From Cyanophora paradoxa CCMP329 (Eukaryota; Plantae; Glaucophyta), in NCBI GenBank assembly GCA_004431415.1, contig QPMI01000519.1, forward strand, positions 124,001 through 188,000: a DNA stretch of 64,000 nucleotides. Direction: 5' to 3'. The stretch's first letter is position 1, and each line of letters begins with the position of its first letter. The position numbers and the translations under genes were made by a program. Positions 11,815-23,322 of this stretch are shown here, piece by piece. The notes under the pieces are model-generated. The model had not been told where the DNA came from and searched no databases. It saw only the letters and a program-made list of their open reading frames with translations.

Positions 11815-14800
11815 ATGCAGGGCCCCGAGCATGCGCAAGAGCAGCTGCAGGCCGGCGGTGCGCCGCGCCTTCGGCGTCCAAAGCTTTTCCGCGCTTTTAA
11901 TTTCCCCAGCGCGAGTGAACACGATGATGCGCGCAGCTGCAGGCGCGGCGGCCGCGTGCGGCGCGGAAGGGGAGCTCGAGCCGGAGGCGCTCGCGAGCCG
12001 CTCCATCCGCTTCGTCGCCGCGCGCTCCCCGGCATCCTTGGGCGGCCTGGCGCACATCGGCGCCGGCGAAGGCCCGGCCGCGGGCGAGGCCATCGTTCCG
12101 AGCAGCTCCGACAGCTACCGCAGTGCGCTCCACGGTCTCCACCCCAGAAATACATAAACACGTCTAAATATATCTATGTTATTCATCTGAGCATGCACGT
12201 ATTCAAGGGCTCACGCCGGGACAGGCTGCGAGCAGCTCGAGCTGCGGCAGGCGCTGGCGAGGGCGGCGCACGCGCAGGGGAAGCAGGCGCAGGCGTGGGC
12301 GCTGGAGCTGCCGCTCGCGCTCAACCACGGGCCGACGCCGCGCACAGCGGGGCGCCCCGCCAGCTCCGTCGACGTGCTGGAGCAGACCCACCGCCGCCTC
12401 CCGCGCTTCCCCGCCCCCAACGAGGAGCCCGAGCCGGAGCCCGACGCCGGCCCCAGCCAGCCGCACAGCCGCAACCCGGAGTCGGCCCGGCAGCGGCGCC
12501 GCAGCTCCCGGCGAAGCGTGCGCGCCCGCCCTCGTTTGTTTGCGATCACAATTACAAGCTTCCCGCGCGGATCATGATCAGCCGCCCCCGACCGCGATCG
12601 TGAGCTCACCACACTTTGCGGCGGCGGCGCAGGCGGGCTCGAAGAAGAAGGCGGGGCGGGGCCCGTGGCTGGCGAAGCGGGGGCCCCTGCGCCCCCTGCG
12701 CTTCGCGGAGGACGAGCTCGAGAAGGCGTACGGCGCGTACTGCACGGGCCGCTTCCTGCGGCGGGTGCGCTGGAGCATGCTGGCGACGACCCTCGTCCTC
12801 GTCCTCGTCGTCCTCTTCCGCCTCCTCGCCTCGGACTCGGGCTCGGTCACGGACACCTCCAAGACCCGCGGCCGCCTCGCCACCCGCGACTTCATCGCCC
12901 AGGCGAGCCCCCCCGCCCCCGCCTAGGCCTCATATAAATTTACCAAGTTAGCAACATTGATTAATGATGGATTTCTTTCGGCCGCGTTTTTTCTATCGAA
13001 TCTCCGCATTGATTAATCAATTTTCGAATTCGACTTTGGGCGCAGGCGATGTTCGCGGGGGTGCAGGCGTGCATCGGGGCGGCCTCGATCGTCCCCTACT
13101 TCTCCGCCCGCTACCGCCGCGTCCGCTGCCTCGCGAACCTCGTGCGCCCCTCTGCTCGGATCGGATCGGATGCGACCTGACTCAGTGAGCTCGAGCCGAG
13201 CCGAGGCGATCTGACGGGGTGCGGTGCGGTCAGAGCTTCGCGTCGCTGCTGGGGTGCATCTTCGCGGACCGCTTCCTCCAGGGCAACGAGAACGCCTCCT
13301 GGTGCGAGCCGTCCCCAGGCGCCCCCTCTCGCTGCGCATGCGTGCTGTAAATTCAAGCAAACAAATTAAGGAGCAGCCGGCGAACTTAAACACCCTCGAG
13401 CTCGCCCTCGCCGCCGGGCTTAGAAGTGGCCGTTTCGCGTCTGAGCTGCGCCGGCAGGTTCCTGATGCTGACGTTCCTGGGGACGGCGGCCTTCATGCAC
13501 GTGACCGCCTTCCACGCCGCCATCCTCATGCTCCTCGGCGTGCGCCCTCGCCCAGAGTCCCAGCGCCGCACGGGGCACACGTACACCGCTAGCCGTAGCA
13601 TCGAAGAGAAGCAGCGCCCAGGCGCCCGTGCTAGGGGGCGCGGCCGGACGGGGCGGCGTTGACGTCGGCGTTCAACCGGTTGGCGTTCACATACGCGTCT
13701 GCCCACTCACGGCGCCCGTCTCTCGCAGCTGGCTGCGTTCGCGGGGGTCTCGGCGGTGCAGATCGGCAGCGCGGCCGACGTCGTTGTCCTCCTCGTTACC
13801 CCGGCCTTCGGCGGTGCGCCCCGGCCGCCCCGCGCACGCGCACGCCCGCAGATTTAGACCGGCTCAAGCGAAGCTCGAGAAGCTCAAGCCCCGAATCAAG
13901 AAGAGCTCACATGATCTGACAAAAGCGCGTTCGGCAGCGGCGCTGCTGTACATCTGCGCCCTCACGAACGAGATCACCGACCGCCACAACTTCTACCGCG
14001 CCTCTGTACCCCCTGCTCCTCGACACCCCCCATCGCCGCCGGCCCCATTAACGCGCGGGCAGCTCTGCGGGCGGGCGGGGCGGGACATCGCGGCGTCGCG
14101 GGAGCGTGCGGACGCCCTCCTCGCCGCCCTCCTCCCCGCCGAGGCGAGCCGTCCCTCCCGCCCGCCCCGCCCCCCCCTCGCCCCGCCCCGCCCCGCCCTG
14201 GCCTCGAGAGCTCACCGGGAGCCCCCGCCCCGCAGATCATCCGGCTGTGGAAGGCGGGCGGGACGGGCATCTCCCGCCGCTTCGACGACGCCACCGTGCG
14301 CCCGCCGCCTCCAGCGCCGCCCGCCTCCGACGTCCATTCGCGCGGCCCAGAGCGTCTTCGTGGAGTTCCCCTCGATCTACGACGCGCAGGGCTGGGGCTA
14401 CGGCGACCCCGCCGGCACCCAGGTCCCCCCCAGCGCCCCCTCCCCCTCGCGGCCGCCTCGGAGCTCCGCCTCACGCGCCTGCGGTGCGCGTGCAGCGCGC
14501 GGTGGAGCGGCTGAACGCGCTCCTCGCGCGCGTCGAGGACCTCTGCCGCACCCACGGCCTCGAGCTCGTCAAGGTGCCGGCGCTGCCCGCCCCCGCCCCT
14601 GCGCCAGCGCCGTCCTCGGCCTTCGAATTCGATCCCTCCACCGCCCAAAGAGACGCTCGATTAAAGCGCCCGGAAGGCCGGCGGCGAGCTCGAGCTCCGG
14701 CCGGGGCCCGTCGAAGGCGTGCGGCGCTGGAAGGCGGCTCACGGGAGGGGCGCAGCTGGCGGGCTCGAAGGTGCTGGCGGTGGCCGGCGTGCCGGTCGAG

Positions 14801-17800
14801 AGCCCCTGCCACGTCGAGGTGCGAACGAGCCCACCCCGCCACGGCCCGGCCCCCGGGGAGACATCGCGATCGAGGGCGAGATCTAGAGCGGAAAGGGGGC
14901 TAACTTTGGGGGGCCATGCTGGATGAAAATTTGAAGGCGGGATTTGAGTGTTTTTCGGCCTGGGGCTCGCGTGAGTTTGGGGCGCATGCGCAGGCGGCGG
15001 CGGCGTTCGCGCTGGACGTGCTGCGGCTGGGGCGGGAGGAGGGGGCGCGGGTGCGGGCCGGGCTGCAGTGCGGGCCGCTCGTCGGCGGCCTCCTCGCCGG
15101 CTCCCGCCTCCGCTACGACGTCTGGGTGCGAGGCTCGCTGAGAGATGCGAGGAGGAAGGGGTCGCCTCAGTCAACAGATGGGATCTGACGGCGCGCAGGG
15201 AGACGCGGTCAACGCGGCCGCGCGCTTCTGCGCCCTCTGCGGCGACGACGAGGGTCCGCGCCCCGCCCCGCCCCGCCACTGCGGCGGGCACCTTCAGTCC
15301 CTCGTCGCCTGAGAGAGGGGCGGGGGCCCGGCGCAGCGACGGTGTCGGCCGAGTTCGCGCGCCGCCTCGCCGCCTCCCCCGTGGGCCTCCTCGTCCGCCT
15401 CCTCCCCCGCGGCAGCGTCGACGTCAAGGGCAAGGCGCGCGCCCCCCGCTCGAGCCTTGCACGCCTCTTAGGATGCAGACCTGCTTGTCGCGGCGCTCGG
15501 CCGTCTCTGACGCGCGTGGCGTGCAGGGCCTGCTGGAGCTCTTCACGCTGCGGGAGCAGCTCAACGACGGCTCGGGCTCGGGCTCGGCCGCCGGCCCCCG
15601 CCGGCCCACGGCAAGCGGGCGGAGCCGCCAGGGCGCGGGCACCGTCCTGCCGCCCCTCGCCGAGACGCCGGCCGCACCGCCGCTGCCGGGCGGGGGCGCT
15701 CGTTCCGGGAGGGCGCGGAGGGGCTCGCCGGCTGGCTGCGCGAGGCGGGGCTCCCCGCCCGCCGCGGGGGCCCCTTCCTGCGCTCCCTCTCGAACCTCAG
15801 CGCCGCGTCGAGCGCCTCGGCGGCCTCGCGGCGGGAGGGCGGCCTGGGGGCCCTCGGGAGCGGGCCCTCGGACGTCGTGGCGGCCCTGGAGCGCGAGGCC
15901 GGCGAGGGCCACGCGGTGCTGCACGGCGAGGGCGGCGGGGCGGGCGGCCCCGTCGCCCCCGCGGCCGCCGGGGAGGCCGAGCGGGAGTCGCCGGACGCGT
16001 ATACGTACGCGGAGGGCGGGCAGAGCGAGGGGCCCCTCGACGACGGCGACGTCGACGTCGAGGCGCCCCTCGAGCCCGCCGGCCCCGCCTCGAAGACCGG
16101 GGCCCGGGCCGGGGCCGGGGCCGAGGCGGCCGTGGGGTGCCCGCCCCGCCCCTCCCTCGCCGGCTTCCTGCGGGCCCTCCGTAAGGGGACGGTCCTGCTG
16201 ACGGGCCCCGCCGCCTTCCTCTCGGCGCACGGGCTCCCGGCCGGCCCCGCGGGCCCGGGCCCCGCGGCGGGGGCCCCGGCGCCGGCGCCGGCCTCGAGCT
16301 CGCGGTACGCCCTCTCGCGCCTCACCCTCGCCTTCGTCGACCCCGCCGTCGAGCGCGGCTTCTGGCGCCACCGGTCCGCCCGCCCGCCCGCCCCCGCCAC
16401 GCCCCGGCCCGCCCCCTCCGCTGAACAACCGCCTCGCCGGCTGCTGACCGGGCCGCCGCGCATGCGCAGGTACGCGGCGACGCGGCCGCGGAGCGCGGCC
16501 CTCGTCATCGTCTTCCTCCTCTACTCGGCGGCCTGGGCCGGCGTCGGCCTCCACGTCGGCCTCCCCGCCGGCCCCGGCGCCTGGCTCCGCTACGTCGCCC
16601 AGCCGGTCCTCATCGCCGCCATCGCCGCCCTCACCGCCTCCCCCTTCCACCGCCGCTGGCCCCGCACCGTGCGCCCCCGCCCCGCCCCGCCCCGCCCCCC
16701 TCTGGCCTTCGCCCGCGCCGGGCTCAGCCCCGCGGCGCCAGTCCGTCTTCTTCTTCTTCGCGGCCCTGTGCGGCTTCGGAGTGAACGTCTCCGCCCTCGC
16801 CCGCGGCAGGCCCTACCGCGTGCGCCCCGTTCTCCCGCCCTGCGGCCGACTCGGCGACTTGGCGCGGCTAATCTCGCGGGATCCGTGCCGCAGGTGGCGA
16901 CGTTCCTGTTCGCGGACGCGCTGACGGTCTCGTTCGTGTTCGCGGCGCACCCGGCGGCGCGCGTGCCGTACGCCCTCCTCGCCCTCCTCATCATGCTCGG
17001 CGCCGAGGTCCTCTCCTTCCCCTTCGACTCCCTCCTGTGCGGCCCCGGCCCCGCGCCCCGCCCTTCGCCCCCGAGAACGCCCCCCCGAGCCCCGCCTCGA
17101 AGGTACATCATCTGCACGTTCGCGCTCTGCGCGATGACCATGTACGGCAACGGGCTCGCCATGCGCGCCGGCTACCTCCTCCACCGCACCGCCCAGGCCG
17201 CCCGCCGCACCCTCGTGCGCCCCGTCTCCTCCGCCCCGACCCGCCTCCGTCTCGCCCGGGCTCGAATCCGACGGGCGCGTGCGCGCAGGTGCGGGAGAAG
17301 GCGGCGCTGGAGACGCTCCTCCGCCTGTGCCTCCCCGCCGTGCGCCCGCCCCGGGCCCCGCCTCACTTTCGACCTTGCTCGAGCGGCGCGCGGGGTGCGC
17401 GCGGGCGCAGGACGTGCTGCGGCAGCTGACGCGCGCGCACTCGCTGGGGGAGGAGGGGGAGGAGGCGCGGACGCCCGGGACGGAGGCGGCGGCGGCGGTC
17501 GCCCGGACGACGGCCTCGCACCCGCGCGTCGCCGTCTGCGCCGCCGGTGAATGAAACTGCTGCGGGTCGTTGGGCCGTTGCTCTGCGACTCACAGAGATC
17601 GCAACTTGGTTTTTACCAGATGTCGTCTCGTTTACCACACTCGCGGCGAGTATGCAGCCCGAGGTGCGCGCCCCCGGACTCTGACTGACAAGTCGCCCCA
17701 TTTGACATAAGAATTGCTACAAGCTTGCATAGAAGCTAACCACGTGCACTGCAAGCTCAATATTAATGCCAATTTTTCTGGTGTGATTCTAAAAGCCAGC

Positions 17801-18874
17801 TAGCTATATAGATCTCCAGACGGCCGACGGTCTCGGGATGTGTCCTCGCCCCGGCCCCGCCTGATCACAAGCCGCCGGCCGGCCCCGGCGCAGGACCTCG
17901 TGGGCACGCTCTCGGCGCTCTTCGCCGAGTTCGACCGGGCGGCGCGAGCCCGCGGGCTGGAGCCCCTCAAGACCCTCGGCGACGCCGTCCTCGCGGGGGC
18001 CTTCCCCCGCCGCCCCCGCCCCGCCGCCGGCGCCGCCCGCCGCGACGCCTCGAACCCCGTGAGCCCGAGCGGCGGGGCGCGCGCCGGCTACGGCCCGCCG
18101 CGGCGGCGGCGCTCGTCAACGGCGTCGCTGGAGGCGCTGGGCCTGGCGGCGGGCGCCGTGCCTGGGGCGGGGCGGCCGCCGTGCACCCGGAGCCGGCGGC
18201 GGCGGGGCGGGGGCGGGAGCGGAGGAGGAGGAGGACGCGTACGGGTCGGAGGAGGGGGCCGAGTCGAGCGGCGAGTCGGACGCCGGCGGGGGCGAGTGGG
18301 GCGGCGAGGGCGAGGTCGAGCGGGCGCTGCAGTACGCCCTCGACTGCCGCGACATCCTCGCCTCCTTCGTCGGGCCCGCCGGCCACCGGTGCCCCCCGCC
18401 CCGCCCCGCCCCGCGCCGCCCCGCCCCGTCCCGCGCCGCCCCCCTCTTCCCTTCCGATGTTTTCGGCAGGCTGCAGATGCGCTTCGGCGTGGCGGTGGGC
18501 CCCGCCGTCGGGGCCATCCTCGGCCGCCAGCGCTGGAGCTACGAGGTCGGCCCCCTGTGTTCGAGGTTCTGAGAGCGCCCCCCGGGGCCGGCCTGACCGC
18601 GGGCCCGGGGGCGGCGGGAGCAGGTCTGGGGCCCGGCGGTCTCGGAGGCGCAGGAGCGGGAGGCGGCAGGCCGGCCCCAGGAGATCCTCGTGCGCCCCCG
18701 CCCCACCCGACCCGCCCCGCGAAGTCGCAGCGCGGAGTTAAGATCGACTCTGATCATGAGCTGGGCGGGGCGGCGCGGGCGCAGGTGTCGCGGGAGGTGT
18801 ACGAGGCGGCCCGGGGCGCCTTCGAGTTCGAGCTCCGCGACGGCCTCCCCTTCCTCCTCCGCCGCCTCCCCTGA
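11815..18874 (+). CDS. Transmembrane class III adenylyl cyclase with two TM clusters and two cyclase domains (C2-like first, C1-like second), multi-exon
   Basis: Domain 1: ADALLAALLP, GLELVK|LAGSKVLAVAG, VRAGLQCGPLVGGLLAGSRLRYDVW|GDAVNAAAR, DVKGK|G. Domain 2: AA|DVVSFT, LEPLKTLGDA, LQMRFGVAVGPAVGAILGRQRWSYE|VWG, VSREVY. A hydrophobic helix cluster precedes each domain. Stop at 18874; the start (ATG 11815 spliced to 11910) is tentative. Confidence 0.88.
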
Positions 18875-19822
18875 GGGCCCCTGCGCGGCCCCGCCCCGGC
18901 TCGCGCCCCCCGCGGCTCCCTGCGGCATCTCCCCCGCCTCAGCATCAGCAGTGCTGCGTCATGGCCGCGCACGTGGGGACTGGCACGTGTTGGTTTCGAT
19001 TCTTGCAGTAGTGATTGCATCCACGCTCCTCTTCAATTAATCACCGAGTTAGGACATATACGTGATAACTGGACGGTTGACTGGTAATAATACCCTTTTT
19101 CGTTAATTTTAGACTCTTCAGGACGATGTGACACTGGACACCAAACGATCAGGCTCTGCTAGTGGCATTCGCAGTCCCGTTCTTTCGTTGTTTTTAGCTT
19201 TACATAATTAGTTCGAATTCGACTCTCTCGCGATCGCCCAGTAGATGAGGTTTGATCCGTGTCTTGCAAGCCGAGTAAAATACTAGTAGCGGACAAACTT
19301 GTCGCGGGGTTCAACGGTTATATACGTATATACAGAGGCTACCAATATTAATGCCTACCAGATAGCTGCGCATGCAGGGGCGAATTCGAGTCGAATTCGA
19401 ATTCGAATTTGAACGGCCACATGGTCATGGGGTACGAATCTTTATGATATGATCATTATACCATGATGATCTGTAGATATCGATCATGATCACAATCGCG
19501 CGACCGTCGGAGACGGTCGGACGACTCGGCGATCTAGATCTGCCGCAGTGCGGGCCAGCTGCAGACAGTCCCAGAGACTAGCTGCGGCGCGATTCCTGCC
19601 CGCGGCCGCGCACTAGCCTAGTAGTAGTAGTAGCTGGCCATGGCGCCGCTAGCGCTTTCGAATTCAGGCTAAGTTGCAGGCTTCAAGGCTTGCAGCTGGC
19701 GGCGGTACCGTCGTACTGGGGTACAGCGGGCCGCGGGCAATCGCACCAAGGCTTCTTCGCGATCCGATGATCGCGTGCACGTGAATCGCGGCGTGATTCG
19801 CGGCGCGAAGCCGCGCGATATG

Positions 19823-20512
19823 CAGTGTTGTCAACATGATGCACAGATCATGATCGCGACATCATGATGGGACGTAAATTTCGCATCATGATGACCTCGG
19901 ATTATGATGATCGTCATCATGATGTGAGGGGGGGTACCTATACGGCACACGAATCGCGTATTTCTGGCCGCCTGCGCTATTTCAAAGGTCTCATGTACGA
20001 TCTTAACAGCTAACAGACGCTGTAGCAGCAGTTTAGAGCATGGTTGGAGCGATTCGGACAATGTTGAAAGGCTGCTGGACTCAGCAGCTGGAGTGCTGGG
20101 GGGGTACAGTGGGCCCTACCCTTAGTCGCTGGTGATGCAAGATCGCCCAGATTTGCACTTTGAGAAGGGTGCGGAGACGCTTAACACATCTCCTAAAACA
20201 CACAATAGACTATCTTAAGACTTAAGGAGGCTGATCAACTGCTCCTCTGCCTAAAAAATCTTGGGGAGAAGGGGTTGTGTGCCTCTTTTGGGCCAACCCT
20301 GAGCCTAATATCTATCCGGACTGGTCAGGGATGAGTTAGAAACACGACATAATGCATAGGAAGCGCAGCAGAGAGCCCCCGTAGCGAAACAAGCGTAGAA
20401 AATGCCGGGCAAACGATGATGATGGCGGGAAGACATCATGATCGATCATGATCCATCATTATCACCGCATCATGATGCGTGACCGGTCGTGTGCATCATG
20501 TTGACAACACTG
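19823..20512. mobile_element. Non-autonomous hAT MITE, family A, copy 1 (690 bp)
   Basis: Perfect 23-bp TIR cagtgttgtcaacatgatgcaca; perfect 8-bp TSD gcgatatg at 19815-19822 and 20513-20520; CATGAT-rich subterminal repeats; no transposase ORF. Confidence 0.93.
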
Positions 20513-20815
20513 GCGATATGCCTGGCACGACCGACGTTTCGACCCCGCGTCAGTAAAAAACCCGAATGAAATCGATTCATCTGCATGCTTTAAACAGTTC
20601 GATTCCTCCGAAGGATACTAGCACGTAGCCTAGGGCCTAGGCCTAGTACTAGGCTAGTAGCCTCACTAGCCTAGGCCTAGGTACTAGTAGGCTAGTAGTA
20701 GCGTACCACCTGCAGGCTGCAGCCTGCAGGCTTAGCCACTGGGCCAGGCTAACGTTAACTAGGAACATTAATATTGCAGAGTCAATGCAGACTACCGGGC
20801 TAGTACCGCCGCCGG

Positions 20816-21583
20816 CAGTGCTGTCATGATGTGTCATCATGATGCACACCGTGGCACGGCCGTCGATATCGATCGCGAGGCATCATGATGCGTCAATTAT
20901 GATCCATCATGATCGATCATGATGTCTTCCCACGGTCAGAATCGTTTATCAGGGCATTTCCCACTCCTATTTCGCTGGGCGGGCTCTCTGCTGCGTTTCT
21001 AATGCATCGCGACGTGTTTATGACTCATGATAATTCCTGACCAGTACTAGTCTGGATAGATATTGGGCCCAGCTGCAGGGTTGGCCTGAAACTTGAAAGA
21101 GGCCCACACCCCGGCCCCCGGCCCTCTTCCCAAGATATTGGAGGCAGAGGAGTGGTTAATCAACCTCCTTCAATGTCGACGTCAAGATAGTGTGTTATGC
21201 ATATGCGTTTTAAAAGCTGTGTTAAGCGTATCCGCACCCATTCTCAAACTGCGAATTGGTGCGATCTTAAGCTTAAGCTTGCATCGCCAGCGGCAAAGGG
21301 TGGTGCCCCCTGTACCCCCCACGGCGCCACAGCAACCTTTCAACATCGTCAGAATCGCTCCAAACCTCCTCTGACTAGCGTATACGGTGTCTTCAAGCTG
21401 TATAGATCGCATAAGAGGTTGTTAAAACAGCGCAGGCGACCAGAAACACGAGCTTTGTGCACTGTACAGGTACCCCCCCTCACATCATGATGACGATCAT
21501 CATAATCCGAGGTCATCATGATGCGTTAATGACGTCCCATCATGATGGCGTGATCATGATGTGTGCATCATGATGACAGCCTG
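20816..21583. mobile_element. hAT MITE family A, diverged copy 2 in inverted orientation
   Basis: Reverse complement aligns along copy 1 (e.g. gtaccccccctcacatcatgatgacgatcatcataatccgaggtcatcatgatgcg ~21471-21525). TIRs are cagtgctgtcat.../...atgatgacagcctg; the TSD is no longer clean. Confidence 0.85.
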
Positions 21584-21685
21584 GCAGCCACTGCCACTGG
21601 GCCAGCCAGTGGCCATGGCAGGCAGTGGCAGCACTGACTATAGACTATATATAGTACCACTGATGAGTACTCTCCGATCCCAGAC

Positions 21686-22177
21686 CAGGGTTCCTAAAAT
21701 TTTCTCAGGCCAAGGACGCCCCAAAAATTTTTGAAATATTTCCGAAAGATTTCCGAAATATTTCCGAAATATTTCCCCATAGAAACAAAGATTCCGAGCT
21801 TGCCACCAACATCTAAGCGCCTAAACCGCTTCCTAAGGCTTTTGTTGATGTTTCGACGCAGAATAGAGCGCGGAAAGAATTATAAGAACCCATCTGGGCG
21901 AGAGTGCACCCCTGCCACCGTACCAGAGAAAGTCGAGCTCGAGCCAAATCGAAGTCTAGAGTGCTCTGATCACATCAGATATCACTAAGACTTCCATATG
22001 CACGCAAAAGACACGTAAAGATGCTGCTTTTCGACGTGTTTGACGGGGGCAAAACGCCCCAAGAAATTCTTTCCCCGCAAAAATTTTCGGCAGTTCGGGC
22101 GAGACAGAAAATTTTCGCAAAAATTTTCAGAAAATTTTTGGAATTGTTTTCCGGAAAAGTTTCCGACCGGAACCCTG
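21686..22177. mobile_element. Non-autonomous hAT MITE, family B (492 bp)
   Basis: TIR cagggttcc/ggaaccctg; perfect 8-bp TSD tcccagac at 21678-21685 and 22178-22185; AT-rich subterminal repeats (aaatatttccg, aaaattttc). Confidence 0.9.
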
Positions 22178-22331
22178 TCCCAGACTCCGAGTCCCAGTAT
22201 ACTAGTAGTACTAGCTATATATATAGCTACTAGCTAGTAGAACTGTACTGCGGTATACGTACCACATCATGGGCCGGCGCCCCCATGCCATGATGGCATG
22301 GCACTGATGGCAGTGATATCGATGGCACATG

Positions 22332-22595
22332 CATACTGGAGAGCTAGAAATATTTAGTATGCTGCATATTTATATAGTATACGTACCAAAAGGTTTTGGG
22401 CGATCTAGCTACTAAATATTTCCCGCCTGCTAAAGCCGAAAATTTGTAGGGGTAGTTCCATCTCCGCCATACAAAAGCCGTGCGAAGACCGACCTATTCA
22501 ACATTTAATATCTGCTAAAGTGGCACTGCGGCAGTTTTAAATTTGGCAAAGTACTAATTATTTTCCTGTACTAAATTAACTAGTTCTCCAGTATG
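22332..22595. mobile_element. Probable small TIR element / MITE remnant
   Basis: catactggagagctag ... ctagttctccagtatg (15/16 inverted match) enclose an AT-rich interior; no TSD found. Confidence 0.5.
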
Positions 22596-23322
22596 CCGGG
22601 GCGCCGCAGTGCCACTGCCATCATGTATACACTGTGTACAATGGTGACATGTGCCATGATGCCACGTGCACCACTGCACGTGGCACTGGCCGGCGGTGGC
22701 CGCACTGCCGGCGCCGCGCTGGGATCCGGACTGCCATCATCATGGCATGCCACAATGATGCTAGACATTGCCAGTGCGCACTGTGCATGCGCACTGCGCT
22801 GCCTCTGCGCTGCCCACTTTTGCAGACGTCGCCGGACGACCAACATGTGCGTAATATAATACGCGCCTATACGAAGCAGCGGGCCGGGCGCCAGCCTGCA
22901 GCGGTTGAACTGCGCACAGCGCATGCGCGCGCATGCATATGCGGCATATCTAGATCTAGATATCTCGAGCTCGCGATCGATATCGCGAGTACTAGTCGCG
23001 ATAACGATTGCCCGCCGCTCGTGCTAGCGCTGTCGGCGTCCAACCGACGTCGGACAGGTTGCGTCAGATTGCATGCGCATGCGATCATAGAATACATCGA
23101 TATATATCATAGTATCAGCGGCGCCTTCCAGCAAGTTCCTCGAGCTCGTGCGCTGCGGTGCTGGTCCCCTTGGCTAAATAGGCCTTGCAGGCGCTAGCGT
23201 ATAGCCACAGCGGGACAGCTCGCTAAGGCAAGCGTGCGCGTGCGTGCGCGTGCGACAGCTGCAGGGGCGCCAACACAAGCACCAGCGCTAGCGGCAGCAG
23301 CAGCAGCTGCAGCAGCTGCAGC

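Noticed and set aside
19823-22595. Autonomous transposase or LTR element
   Set aside because: The elements are too short, with no DDE, RT or integrase motifs; the short ORFs are noise.
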